DNA of 64,000 nt from contig CAWIIQ010000001.1 of the NCBI GenBank assembly GCA_963836185.1, positions 2,176,001 to 2,240,000 on the forward strand, in the 5' to 3' direction. A program made the position numbers and the translations under genes. This document shows, one piece after another, positions 1 through 9,263 of the stretch. Numbering within the stretch: the first letter of the stretch is position 1; the number at the start of each line of letters is the position of its first letter. The stretch comes from Candidatus Krumholzibacteriia bacterium (lineage in GTDB: Bacteria > Krumholzibacteriota > Krumholzibacteriia > Krumholzibacteriales > Krumholzibacteriaceae). The notes under the pieces were generated by a model, which saw only the letters and a program-made list of their open reading frames with translations, searched no databases and was not told the DNA's origin.

Positions 1-526
1 CGATGCCAGGAGCTGCCGGGTACGTCTCCTCCAGGCCTGCCAGCTGGCTTCCTGACAGAAGTGGTACTATCTGCGACAAGCCCGCCCTGGCCTCCCCGCT
101 TACCGAGGGATCGAGGGCCATTGCGGTCATGAAACGTGCTGCTGCGTCCTCGAATCTACCCTTGTCCCTGTCTATCCCGGCCAGAAGGATGTTCACCTCA
201 GCGGCAGTCCCGGCGCCGGTCTCGGGAGAGGCCAGCGGCGAAAGGATCTCATATGCCTCTTCGGAGAATCCGAGCTCGATGCAGGATCTTCCTGTCTCCA
301 GGCTTACCTCTCCGGCGGCATCCGAATCGGGATATGTATCGAGAAATTGCTTTCCGGACTTGCGAACGGCACGATCATTACCGCTCGAGACATATGAACG
401 CAGCTCTTCGAGTTGCTCATCCTGTATCTGCTGAGGGGATACTTCTGTCTCGACAGACGCCTTCTTCGTCGCGCACGAAGTCAGCAACAGCAGGATGAGT
501 CCAGGTATGAAGATCTTTTTCATCAT
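1..526 (-). CDS. Lipoprotein with TPR-like helical region, truncated by the window edge
   Basis: Manual minus-strand translation from ATG 526/523: MKKIFIPGLILLLLTSC (lipobox), then QFLDTYPDS..A (BamD/TPR-like). The frame stays open to position 1; ATGA overlap with the upstream stop. Confidence 0.65.
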   Translation of the reverse strand, partial: MMKKIFIPGLILLLLTSCATKKASVETEVSPQQIQDEQLEELRSYVSSGNDRAVRKSGKQFLDTYPDSDAAGEVSLETGRSCIELGFSEEAYEILSPLASPETGAGTAAEVNILLAGIDRDKGRFEDAAARFMTAMALDPSVSGEARAGLSQIVPLLSGSQLAGLEETYPAAPGI

Positions 527-1062
527 CGCTTCTTAGGCGGCAGCCCGGCCGTCCCTTTACCGAGATAGGACAGTGCGAGCTCGTAATATTCCATTGACTG
601 CCCGATCAGTCTCTCGATGACCGCATCGTCGACCTGCCTGCGTACCTTTCCCGGCACACCGGCAACGAGCGATCCCGGCGGTATCCCGGTCCCTTCGAGC
701 ACTACCGCGCCAGCCGCGATTATACTTCCTTTTCCTATCCTGGCGCCATCAAGAATTACGGCTCCCATTCCGATCAGTGCCCCGTCCTCCACCGTACAGG
801 AATGGAGGATCGCCCCGTGCCCTACGGTCACGTTGTCACCGACAACGAGTCCGGGGCCGCCTGTCGTACAATGACATACGCAGACGTCCTGTACGTTCGA
901 ATATCTGCCGATGGTAATCGGTCCGCAGTCGCCCCTTACCGACGCTCCGTGCCATACACTCGATCCGTCCCCTATGGTGACGTCGCCGATGACGCTGGCG
1001 CTCGGCGCGATGAATACATCCTTCCCAACTACCGGTATCATCCCCTGTAATTCCTCTATCAT
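523..1062 (-). CDS. Gamma carbonic anhydrase family / hexapeptide-repeat protein (YrdA/PaaY-like)
   Basis: IAPSASVIGDVTIG..SSVWHGASVRGD, SNVQD..H, TVGHGAILHSC motifs. Start trimmed to ATG 1062 (MIEELQG). Confidence 0.9.
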   Translation of the reverse strand: MIEELQGMIPVVGKDVFIAPSASVIGDVTIGDGSSVWHGASVRGDCGPITIGRYSNVQDVCVCHCTTGGPGLVVGDNVTVGHGAILHSCTVEDGALIGMGAVILDGARIGKGSIIAAGAVVLEGTGIPPGSLVAGVPGKVRRQVDDAVIERLIGQSMEYYELALSYLGKGTAGLPPKKR

Positions 1063-1087
1063 ACCCGTCCCTGCCCTGTCAGGAATC

Positions 1088-1552
1088 CTACAGCTCCCCG
1101 GGATCGATCTCCTCCAGACCGTTCCCGCCGGCTCCATCCTCGACCCTTCCTATCTGGAGGTTTCGCTTGTACTTCTCGAAAAGTTCTTCCTCTACCTGTA
1201 TGGTCGATCCTGCCCGAAGCGCCAGAGCGACGGCGTCGCTCGGACGGGCGTCGAGGTAGAAGAGCTCCTCGCCCCGTCCCAAGACGATCCTTGCGAAATA
1301 TGTGTCCTCGTGGATACCGGTGATCTCTATCCACTTGACCTCGCCGCCAAGTTCCTCTACGACGAGTTTCAGGAGATCGTGCGTCATCGGCCGCTCGAAT
1401 GTCTTCCCCGCCAGAACGGTGTAGATAGCGGTGGCCTCCGCCGCACCGATCCAGATCGGCAGGACCTCCTCACCCTCTTCCGATCTGATGAGGACGACTG
1501 GAAACTCCCTCTCGCGGTCGAGGGCGATTCCGCTCACATATACCTCTTTCAT
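1088..1552 (-). CDS. Bifunctional nuclease family protein (DUF151)
   Basis: LPIWIG..EA, RPMTHDLL and DARPSDAVALA signatures. Confidence 0.92.
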   Translation of the reverse strand: MKEVYVSGIALDREREFPVVLIRSEEGEEVLPIWIGAAEATAIYTVLAGKTFERPMTHDLLKLVVEELGGEVKWIEITGIHEDTYFARIVLGRGEELFYLDARPSDAVALALRAGSTIQVEEELFEKYKRNLQIGRVEDGAGGNGLEEIDPGEL

Positions 1553-1562
1553 GTTCACCCTG

Positions 1563-2774
1563 TCAGTCCTTGCCGCTCTTGTCTTCCTCAATATGGTCCT
1601 TCATCTGATCGACCGACTCGAACCTGGGATGAGGTTTGTCGAGGTTCTCTATCATCCACTTCGCCGACTCCGCCACTTCCGTATCCGGGTATTCTCTGAT
1701 GAGCTCTTCGAAGGCCCTTCTCGCCGATACGAGATCCATCAGTTCCTCGGCATAGACGAAACCGATCATGAACAGGGCCTGAGGGGCAAACTTGTGATCG
1801 GGATACCTGTTGACCAGATTTCTGTAGTACTGGATCCTCGTATAGTTAGCATCCTCTTCCTGGGCGATCTCCCAGAGTTCCTCGGGCGATCTCGTCGTCT
1901 CAATGATCCTCTCGCGAACGAAGTTTTCCGGTTTGTACTCCTGCCTCAGACTTTCGATCTCAGCCTTCAGGCCGACCTTGGCCTTTTCGCCGCGGAGACG
2001 ATCGGATATATCATTCCTGACCTCGGAGAGCGGTTTGAGGTTCTCGGGCTTCTTGTCCGATATCTTGACGATCGAATATCCCTTCTTGGTAACGACGACA
2101 TCGCTTATCTGGCCGATATTGAGATGTTTTATCTGGTCGGAGAACTCCTCCGAGTCCCCGTAGAATTTTACATATCCGCCGGGATTGAAGTACCCGAGTT
2201 CACCATTTGCCTGAGCGGTCGTCCGGTCCTCGCTCTCGTACTTGGCTATCTTGTTGAACTTCTCACCGTCATCAAGCCTCTTCTTCCATTCCGCGACCTT
2301 CGCACTGTCTGTGGAGAAGGCGTGCTGAGCCTTGATGATAGCCTTGTTCGTAAACTCTTCCCAGTGGTCTTCATAGTACTTCTGTATCTCCTCGTCGGTC
2401 ACATCTACTTTCTGCCTGATCGTCTTGTCGTAGTATGAGGTGATCAGGATGTTCTTTTCAGCCTGCCGTATCTGCTTTTTTACATCCTCATCGTACATGA
2501 GATCGGACTTTCCCGCCGCCAGGTACAGAAGCTCCTCGTCAATCAGGGCATCGACGAGTTTGGCGCGGCCGCTCTTGCCCTTGTACTGCGCTTTAAGCTG
2601 CGGAGGCATAGACTCGAGCCTGTCGTCGATATCCTTTGCCGTGATCTTGTTGCTGCCTACCCGGGCATCCAGGCCCTGGTTCACCTCTATCTTGTTGCTT
2701 TGTTCAGAGCATGAGGCCGCGATCAGGGAGATCGATACCACCAGCGCCATGAAAACTGCCATCCTCTTCGACAT
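1563..2774 (-). CDS. Lipoprotein parvulin-type peptidyl-prolyl isomerase (SurA/PrsA-like) with C-terminal TPR/BamD-like domain
   Basis: Lipobox IAASC; F..IAKYESED..AQANGELG, ISDVVVTKKGYSIVK; C-terminal YPDHKFAPQALFMIGF...YPDTEVA. Confidence 0.85.
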   Translation of the reverse strand: MSKRMAVFMALVVSISLIAASCSEQSNKIEVNQGLDARVGSNKITAKDIDDRLESMPPQLKAQYKGKSGRAKLVDALIDEELLYLAAGKSDLMYDEDVKKQIRQAEKNILITSYYDKTIRQKVDVTDEEIQKYYEDHWEEFTNKAIIKAQHAFSTDSAKVAEWKKRLDDGEKFNKIAKYESEDRTTAQANGELGYFNPGGYVKFYGDSEEFSDQIKHLNIGQISDVVVTKKGYSIVKISDKKPENLKPLSEVRNDISDRLRGEKAKVGLKAEIESLRQEYKPENFVRERIIETTRSPEELWEIAQEEDANYTRIQYYRNLVNRYPDHKFAPQALFMIGFVYAEELMDLVSARRAFEELIREYPDTEVAESAKWMIENLDKPHPRFESVDQMKDHIEEDKSGKD

Positions 2775-2799
2775 CGGGTCCTCCTTTTGTCAGTCGATC

Positions 2800-3870
2800 T
2801 TACAGGTGTTCCTTACTGTTATTTCTCTCGAGTCTTTCGAGTATCTCACGGACTCTCTGGCTGTCGCCCTTTCTGCAGACAAGGACTCGTCCGCCGCTGA
2901 CAGCCACGATGACGTCATCGACGCCTATCGTCGCGGTAAATCCGCCGGGATTATAGATGATATTACCTTTTGAATCGATCAGCTCCATCTCGCCGGCCCT
3001 CGCGTTGCCTGCCGCGTCCAGGGGCAGAATGTCACCGAGGGCGTCCCATGAGCCGACGTCGCTCCAGCCAAAAGAGACGGGCAGGACCACGACATTTCCG
3101 GCCTTTTCCAGTATCCCGAAATCGACCGAGATCGACGGCATCGAGCCGTAGTGCTCTCCCGCTTCTTCGTCGAGACGGCCCTGCGCCGCGGCGGTCTCCA
3201 GGCCGAGAAGGGGACCTTTCCCCTCGGGCAGGAACGAGTTCCACGCCTCGATGAATACAGAGGGTCTCCAGACAAAGATGCCGCTGTTCCAGAAGTAATT
3301 TCCGCTGTCGAGATATCGACGCGCTGTCTCACGGTCAGGTTTTTCATGGAACTTCTCGACCCTCAGGGGAACGGGAGTCTCTCCCGCAGGCATATCCGTT
3401 GATGTCTCTATATAACCATAGCCGGTCTCCGGCCCGGACGGTTCTATGCCGAATGTCACGAGTACATCCCCGCCGGACGCGGCATCGGCCGCTGTCCGCA
3501 CGGCTTCCAGGAAACCGGCCTCATCCCGGATAAGATGATCCGAGGGACAGCAGAGGATAGGATCATCGGAGCCTCTCGCTCTTATCATGATCGCGGCCGC
3601 CGCAAGAGATGGAGCTGTATTGCGCGATACTGGCTCAGCGAAGAGGTTCTCAACGGGAAGTCCGGGAAGGTCCTGCCTGACCGATTCCGCCTGGTCGGCG
3701 GCAGTCAGTACGAGTATCCGTTCAGCGGGGAGAAAAGAGCGCATCCGCTCCCATGTGAGGGAAAGCATGCTCCCTTCTCCTGTAATATCGAGGAACTGCT
3801 TCGGGGTCCCGGCAGTGCTTGCCGGCCAGAACCTTGTTCCTTTTCCTCCTGCGAGGATCGCAGCGTACAC
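2800..3870 (-). CDS. manC: Mannose-1-phosphate guanylyltransferase
   Basis: ILAGGKGTRFWP..PKQF, EPVSRNTA, PSDH, ETGYGYI, FHEKPD, WSDVGSW. Confidence 0.93.
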   Translation of the reverse strand: MYAAILAGGKGTRFWPASTAGTPKQFLDITGEGSMLSLTWERMRSFLPAERILVLTAADQAESVRQDLPGLPVENLFAEPVSRNTAPSLAAAAIMIRARGSDDPILCCPSDHLIRDEAGFLEAVRTAADAASGGDVLVTFGIEPSGPETGYGYIETSTDMPAGETPVPLRVEKFHEKPDRETARRYLDSGNYFWNSGIFVWRPSVFIEAWNSFLPEGKGPLLGLETAAAQGRLDEEAGEHYGSMPSISVDFGILEKAGNVVVLPVSFGWSDVGSWDALGDILPLDAAGNARAGEMELIDSKGNIIYNPGGFTATIGVDDVIVAVSGGRVLVCRKGDSQRVREILERLERNNSKEHL

Positions 3871-3906
3871 GGGCCACCCCCTGGTCTACGCCCGCCTGCG
3901 GGCGGA

Positions 3907-5280
3907 TTAATCAGAGTACAGTCCGGAGACGTCAATATGACCGGTCAGCGCGTCAGCGAACGCCTTGCGTATCTCTTCGAGAGATTCCCTGTCGTCCGCC
4001 TCGAACCTGAGAACAAGCACGGGCTGAGTATTTGACGCCCTGATCAATCCCCAGCCCTTATCGAAATCTACGCGGGCGCCGTCGACATCATTTACCTTGT
4101 TGGTCTTTCTGAAATGGTCGGCCACCTGTTCCACTACACCGAATTTCTTCTCGTCAGCGCATTCGACCCTGATCTCGGGAGTGCTCTCGTATTTCGGATA
4201 GTCGGCGAGCATCTCGCTGAGACTCAATTCACTCTTCGAGACGATCTCCAGGATCCTGCACGCGGCGTATATCGCGTCATCGAATCCGAAGTACCTGTCG
4301 GCGAAGAACTGGTGCCCGCTCATCTCGCCCGCCAGCGGAGCGTTCTCGTCGCGCATCTTCTTCTTAATAAGTGAATGCCCGGTCCTCCACATTATCGGCC
4401 TGCCGCCGCGTTTCTCTATCTCCTCGGGGAGGGCTTTTGAGCACTTCACCTCGAATATGACAGCCGCGCCGGGATTCGTCGCCAGCACGTCCCTCGCGTA
4501 AAGAGCGAGAAGGGTGTCGCCCCAGATTATCTCACCCTTTTCATCGATGACTCCTATCCTGTCCGAATCACCGTCAAATCCTATCCCGAGTTCCAGCCCG
4601 CCATCGATGACCGCCTGTCTCAGGTCGACGAGATTCTTCGCGACGGTGGGATCGGGATGATGATTGGGAAAGTTCCCGTCAGGCTCCATGTAGAGAAGTA
4701 CCGGATCGCATCCGAGCTTCATGAAGAGTTCCGGAGCGGCCAGGCCGGCCGTCGCGTTCCCGCCATCGGCGGCAAAGCGTACCGGCCTCTCGAGATGTAT
4801 GTTGTCAGCGAGATAATCGATGTACTCGGCGGTCGCACCCCGGGAGGTCATCGATCCCTTATTTTCCGCCGGCGCTGCGCTTCCCAGAAGGGTATGGAGC
4901 TCGGTTATATCTTCACCGTATATCGTACCTTCGCCGCGCAGGATCTTGAACCCGTTGTATTCGGCGGGATTGTGACTGGCCGTGATCATTACCCCGCCCT
5001 TTATATCCCACTTCTTTGCCGCGAAGTAGAATATCGGAGTCGGGACAACGCCTATATCGACGACATCGATACCGCCCGCCATCAGGCCGGCGGTAAGAGC
5101 CTCGAAATAGAGATCACCGCTCAACCTGACGTCCCTGCCTACAACGGCGGTTGTGATCCCTTCACGCGATAAAGTGGAAGCGATCGCCAGGCCGAGGCCG
5201 CTTACCCCGTCGGGGGTCAGATCCACGTCTACTAGCCCGCGGATATCATATTCCCTGAATATCTTTCCAGGCAGTTCGAT
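3907..5280 (-). CDS. algC: Phosphomannomutase/phosphoglucomutase
   Basis: IFREYDIRG, TASHNP, FDGDSDR, GEMSGH, RASNTQP motifs. Start placed at an ATC codon 6 nt after GGAGG (see findings). Confidence 0.93.
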   Translation of the reverse strand: MELPGKIFREYDIRGLVDVDLTPDGVSGLGLAIASTLSREGITTAVVGRDVRLSGDLYFEALTAGLMAGGIDVVDIGVVPTPIFYFAAKKWDIKGGVMITASHNPAEYNGFKILRGEGTIYGEDITELHTLLGSAAPAENKGSMTSRGATAEYIDYLADNIHLERPVRFAADGGNATAGLAAPELFMKLGCDPVLLYMEPDGNFPNHHPDPTVAKNLVDLRQAVIDGGLELGIGFDGDSDRIGVIDEKGEIIWGDTLLALYARDVLATNPGAAVIFEVKCSKALPEEIEKRGGRPIMWRTGHSLIKKKMRDENAPLAGEMSGHQFFADRYFGFDDAIYAACRILEIVSKSELSLSEMLADYPKYESTPEIRVECADEKKFGVVEQVADHFRKTNKVNDVDGARVDFDKGWGLIRASNTQPVLVLRFEADDRESLEEIRKAFADALTGHIDVSGLYSD

Positions 5281-5338
5281 GACCGGCCTCCCTTCGATCC
5301 TGTCAACTCGCCCCGAATCGCGGTCAGGCGACAGAGGG

Positions 5339-5782
5339 CTATTCCTTGACGACCCAGACCTTTGCCTGGATCTCGATATCCTTGTGAAGCTGTACCGGCA
5401 CAGTATATACACCGAGAAGCTTGATGTGTTCCTCGAGCTTCACCATGTTATGATCGACAGCGTATCCGAGCTCGGTGATGGCGCGCGCGATATCGTACTC
5501 GCCCACCGAACCGTACAGCTTGTCCTCTTCGCCGGCCTGAACCACGATCGTGACCGAGAGATCTTTCATCTTCGCGGCCGTTTCGAGGATGGTCCGTTTT
5601 TCCTTGTCGTCCCTGATGTCACGAAGCTTGTTCTCTTCGTTCATCACCTTTTTCATCGCCTTGGTGGCGGGAAGGGCCATCTTGCGCGGCAGCAGGTAGT
5701 TTCTCGCGTAACCGTCCTTTACCTTGACGATCTCGCCGCGGCTGCCGAGGCCCTCTACGGACGTGGTAAGAATGATATCCAT
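5339..5782 (-). CDS. rplI: 50S ribosomal protein L9
   Basis: LG..GEIVKVKDGYARNYLLP and KLYGSV signatures. Confidence 0.97.
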   Translation of the reverse strand: MDIILTTSVEGLGSRGEIVKVKDGYARNYLLPRKMALPATKAMKKVMNEENKLRDIRDDKEKRTILETAAKMKDLSVTIVVQAGEEDKLYGSVGEYDIARAITELGYAVDHNMVKLEEHIKLLGVYTVPVQLHKDIEIQAKVWVVKE

Positions 5783-5794
5783 ATTCCTGTCTCC

Positions 5795-6055
5795 CTACCT
5801 GTAATAGATCTTCACGAAAGGCAGAATGGCGATCGCCCTGGCGCGCTTGATGGCATGAGCGAGCGCCCTCTGGTGCCTGGCGCACGTCCCCGTGATCCTG
5901 CGCGGAGTGATCTTGCCCCTGTCCGTGACGAATCTTCTGAGAAGGGCCTCATCCTTGTAGTTGATCGACAACTTGTCCGCACAGAACCTGCACGGTTTGT
6001 TGGTGGTCCTCTTCTCCTTCTTCTTCTTTCCTTTATTGGATGGCGTCTTCGACAT
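5795..6055 (-). CDS. rpsR: 30S ribosomal protein S18 (zinc-binding C+ form)
   Basis: [31 protein letters not shown]. Confidence 0.97.
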   Translation of the reverse strand: MSKTPSNKGKKKKEKRTTNKPCRFCADKLSINYKDEALLRRFVTDRGKITPRRITGTCARHQRALAHAIKRARAIAILPFVKIYYR

Positions 6056-6393
6056 TATCCTGTCTCCTCAGTTTCTCCGGCGGACTCGGCCGGCTGTTCG
6101 GTAACGGGATCCTCATCGATGACGATAAGATGCCTGAGCACCATGTCGTCGAACCTGTAGACACGGTTAAGCTCGTTCAGGATCTCGTTGTCACCGTCGA
6201 AACACATGAGGATGTAAGTGCCCTCGAAGCGCTTGGCGATCGGATAGGCCAGCTTGCGCTTGCCCCAGAGATCTACCTTGCGGACCGTTCCTCCCCTGGA
6301 GGTGACGATCTCATTGAACTTCTCCGTCTTTTCCTTAACGGCAAGTTCTTCAAGGGTTGGATCGAGGATATAAACGCACTCATAAGCACGCAT
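6055..6393 (-). CDS. rpsF: 30S ribosomal protein S6
   Basis: [30 protein letters not shown]. Confidence 0.97.
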   Translation of the reverse strand: MRAYECVYILDPTLEELAVKEKTEKFNEIVTSRGGTVRKVDLWGKRKLAYPIAKRFEGTYILMCFDGDNEILNELNRVYRFDDMVLRHLIVIDEDPVTEQPAESAGETEETG

Positions 6394-6400
6394 TGGGTTG

Positions 6401-6460
6401 CTCCTCCCTTCGGACTCATTCGACCTTCCCCGTCCCGGGCGGGACTGGAAGGTAGGGATT
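6401..6460 (-). promoter_or_regulatory. Putative S6:S18 autoregulatory mRNA leader
   Basis: On the minus strand UCCCU pairs with AGGGA of the Shine-Dalgarno; inner hairpin CCUUCC..GGAAGG; unpaired CCG next to the SD strand; directly upstream of rpsF. Confidence 0.6.
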
Positions 6461-6495
6461 TATGTACCGCTCCCCGCAAAGGGGTGCGGATGCGA

Positions 6496-6524
6496 AATAT
6501 AGCAGAACCGCCCGGCCGAGTCAA
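6496..6524 (-). promoter_or_regulatory. Sigma70-type promoter for rpsF-rpsR-rplI
   Basis: TTGACT-N17-TATATT, with TG upstream of the -10. Confidence 0.6.
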
Positions 6525-6554
6525 CCCCGCCTTTGAGGGCCATATCCGGGATCT

Positions 6555-7151
6555 TTACTCCTCTTCTGCCTCACCCTTGCCGCCGCCGGGCGCTTTCCTG
6601 TTATAACGGCCCTGCGCAGCGGCCAAGCCGCGTATAAGCATCAGTTCCACGGCATCGGCCGCGTCGGAAGCCATTGCGCTCACTGCCTCGGCCTCGCTTT
6701 CCTCGAACCTCCCCAGGACAAAGTCGCTCCAGAGAGCTCCCGTGGGCGCCGGGCCGGCTCCAAGCCTCAGCCGGGCGAAACCCGGGGTGCCGAGAGTATC
6801 GGTGATCGATTCGAGCCCTCGATGCCCCCCGCTCCCCCCGCCCGCTCTTATCCTTATCAGCCCGACGGGCAGATGTATATCGTCACATACCACTAGAACG
6901 GAATCGGGGGAGGCGCCGGTGATCCTCAGCGCGTCCCCCGAAAGATTCATGAATGTAAGAGGTTTGAGCAGTGTGATGTGCCGGCCGGCGAACCGCCATC
7001 TCGTCTCCAGCGCCAGCCCCCCGCGTTCGTTCCAGCCGAGCCTGTGCCTCCTGGCCAGTTCATCCAGGGCGCCATAGCCCAGATTATGCCTCGTGCCGGC
7101 GTATTCCTGTCCCGGATTGCCTAGTCCAAGAACTAGAGTGATCTCCGGCAT
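6555..7151 (-). CDS. pth: Peptidyl-tRNA hydrolase
   Basis: GLGNPG..Y..TRHNLG, KPLTFMNLSG, GGSGGHRGL. Confidence 0.95.
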   Translation of the reverse strand: MPEITLVLGLGNPGQEYAGTRHNLGYGALDELARRHRLGWNERGGLALETRWRFAGRHITLLKPLTFMNLSGDALRITGASPDSVLVVCDDIHLPVGLIRIRAGGGSGGHRGLESITDTLGTPGFARLRLGAGPAPTGALWSDFVLGRFEESEAEAVSAMASDAADAVELMLIRGLAAAQGRYNRKAPGGGKGEAEEE

Positions 7152-7157
7152 CCGCTA

Positions 7158-7844
7158 TCAGGCTTCCTCTCCGCCCTCTGCGGCGCCCTCGCCTTCGGCT
7201 CCTTCGCCCTCCTCGACGCCCTCGGCTCCTTCTGCTGCGGCGGCAGCCTCGATTTCCTCGGCGGTGACCTCCAGCTTCTTCGGCGGAGATACGTGAGCGA
7301 GGTTGATATGTCCCTCATCAAGGAAATCAATGGCGGGGTACAAGACCGCGAGGTCCGATACGTGGATCGTATCGTTTATCATCAGGTGCGATACGTCGAT
7401 CTCGAGATGCTCGGGAACGCTCGAGGCGGTCGTAGCGACCATGACCTCCCGGACACCCTGGTCGAGGATTCCGCCGAATTCCTTGACTCCCCTGGCAACA
7501 CCGGTCAGAAGCACGGGGATACCGACCTTGATGGCCTCGTCCATCGATATCCTCTGGAAATCGACATGCAGGATATCTCCGGAAACGGGGTGGTGCTGTA
7601 CGTCGCGGACGAGCGTCGTATGTTCTTCCATATCCACTCCATCGACTTCGAGCTCGATGATGAGATGCTCGCTTGTCGCGCTGTGCAGGATGGTCCAGAA
7701 ATCGTGCTCGGGAATCGCCAGGTGAACGGGATCCTTTTTGTGCCCGTAGAGAACTCCGGGAATCTCGCCTGCCTTGCGCAGGCCGTGAACGTTCTTCTTA
7801 CTGGCTTCTTTCCGTATGCGTGCTTTCAACTTGATCGATTCCAT
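7158..7844 (-). CDS. rplY: 50S ribosomal protein L25 (Ctc/TL5 long form)
   Basis: LRKAGEIPGVLYG, VQHHPVSGDILHVDF, acidic tail. Start trimmed to ATG 7844. Confidence 0.95.
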   Translation of the reverse strand: MESIKLKARIRKEASKKNVHGLRKAGEIPGVLYGHKKDPVHLAIPEHDFWTILHSATSEHLIIELEVDGVDMEEHTTLVRDVQHHPVSGDILHVDFQRISMDEAIKVGIPVLLTGVARGVKEFGGILDQGVREVMVATTASSVPEHLEIDVSHLMINDTIHVSDLAVLYPAIDFLDEGHINLAHVSPPKKLEVTAEEIEAAAAAEGAEGVEEGEGAEGEGAAEGGEEA

Positions 7845-7857
7845 CTTTTCCTCCGTA

Positions 7858-8790
7858 TTACACGAACAACATGCTGATTGATTCTTCCGTATGGATCCTC
7901 TTGATGGCCTCTCCGAGAAGGGGCGCCACATCGAGGATCTTGACCTTGCTGCACTCCCCGTTGTCTTTGAACGGTATCGAGTTTGTGACCACCGTCTCCT
8001 CGATACACGATTTCTCCAGCCTCTCGAGAGCCTTTCCGGAGAATACGGGATGCGTGGCCATCGCCATTATCCTGCCAGCCCCGGCATCCTTGAGGACCCG
8101 GGCGGCCTGCGTTATGGTGCCGGCCGTACTGATGATATCATCGAGGATGATGATATCGCTGCCAGCCACCTCGCCGATCACATTCATCACTTCAGACTCG
8201 TCGGCCCCGGTCCTGCGTTTGTCGACTATCGCGAGGTTCGCGTCGAGTCTCTTGGCGAAGGCCCTGCCCATCTTGATCCCGCCGACATCCGGGGATACGA
8301 CGGTCAGGTCATGGAAATTTTTCTCCCTAATATATTCAAGCATGACCGGCGCCGCAAAAAGATTATCGACCTGGATGTCAAAAAATCCCTGTATCTGGGC
8401 GGCGTGCAGTTCGAGGGCCAGGACTCTGTGAGCTCCGGCCGTCTCGATCAGGTTGGCGACGAGCTTGGCCGTTATCGGGACCCGGGGCTGGTCCTTCCTG
8501 TCCTGTCTCGCGTACCCGTAATACGGCATGACCGCAGTTATACGGTTCGCCGAAGCGCGGTAACAGGCGTCTATGAGGATAAGCAGTTCCAGAAGGTTGT
8601 CGCCGGGCGGGAGAGTGGGCTGGATGATGAATACATCCTTGCCCCTGATATTCTCATGGATATTGATCCGGATCTCCCCATCGGAAAACCTGCCTACCTC
8701 GACATCACAGAGTTCCCTGCCTAGATACGAGGCGATCTTCCCGGAAAGCTCCTTGTTGGCGTTCCCGCTCATCAATGTAACAAGATCCAT
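7858..8790 (-). CDS. prs: Ribose-phosphate pyrophosphokinase
   Basis: FSDGE, PYYGYARQDRK, VVSPDVGG, DDIISTAGT. Confidence 0.97.
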   Translation of the reverse strand: MDLVTLMSGNANKELSGKIASYLGRELCDVEVGRFSDGEIRINIHENIRGKDVFIIQPTLPPGDNLLELLILIDACYRASANRITAVMPYYGYARQDRKDQPRVPITAKLVANLIETAGAHRVLALELHAAQIQGFFDIQVDNLFAAPVMLEYIREKNFHDLTVVSPDVGGIKMGRAFAKRLDANLAIVDKRRTGADESEVMNVIGEVAGSDIIILDDIISTAGTITQAARVLKDAGAGRIMAMATHPVFSGKALERLEKSCIEETVVTNSIPFKDNGECSKVKILDVAPLLGEAIKRIHTEESISMLFV

Positions 8791-8855
8791 CTTTGCTGTT
8801 CCTCCGAATCCTCCGAAAAAAAAGTGACCTGTCCGGCCACCGGTCCATCCTTGAA

Positions 8856-8929
8856 TGGTTGGGGCGGGAGGATTCGAACCTCCGATCCAGGAACCAAAAT
8901 CCTGTGTCTTGCCACTTGACGACGCCCCA
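8856..8929 (-). tRNA. tRNA-Gln(TTG)
   Basis: TGGGGCG acceptor, anticodon loop TTTTGGT, GGTTCGAATCC T-arm, encoded CCA. Confidence 0.95.
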
Positions 8930-8947
8930 AGCAGTTCTGTTGTATTT

Positions 8948-9241
8948 TTACTGCTCAGCTACTTCGATCCCAGCCTCTGTCTCGGTGTTCTCGAGCTCCT
9001 CCTTGTAGGCCTCCAGTATCAATCCCTCCATCCAGTCCCTGGTCTCGTTATTGATAGGATGAGCGACATCCTGATACGTGCCATCAGGCCTCTTGCGGCT
9101 GGGCATAGCGACGAAAACGCCCTTGGCGCCCTCGATGATCTTCAGTCCCCTGATAACGAAACAGTCATCTAGGGTGATACTCGCAAAAGCCTTCAGCTTG
9201 TTGTCGTCCCGAAGTGAAATCCTGATCTCAGATATCTTCAT
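8948..9241 (-). CDS. spoVG: Septation regulator SpoVG
   Basis: KLKAFASITLDDCFVIRGLKIIEG..FVAMPSRK..YQDVAHPIN. Confidence 0.95.
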   Translation of the reverse strand: MKISEIRISLRDDNKLKAFASITLDDCFVIRGLKIIEGAKGVFVAMPSRKRPDGTYQDVAHPINNETRDWMEGLILEAYKEELENTETEAGIEVAEQ

Positions 9242-9263
9242 GTGGCCCCCCCTGAATTCTTGC

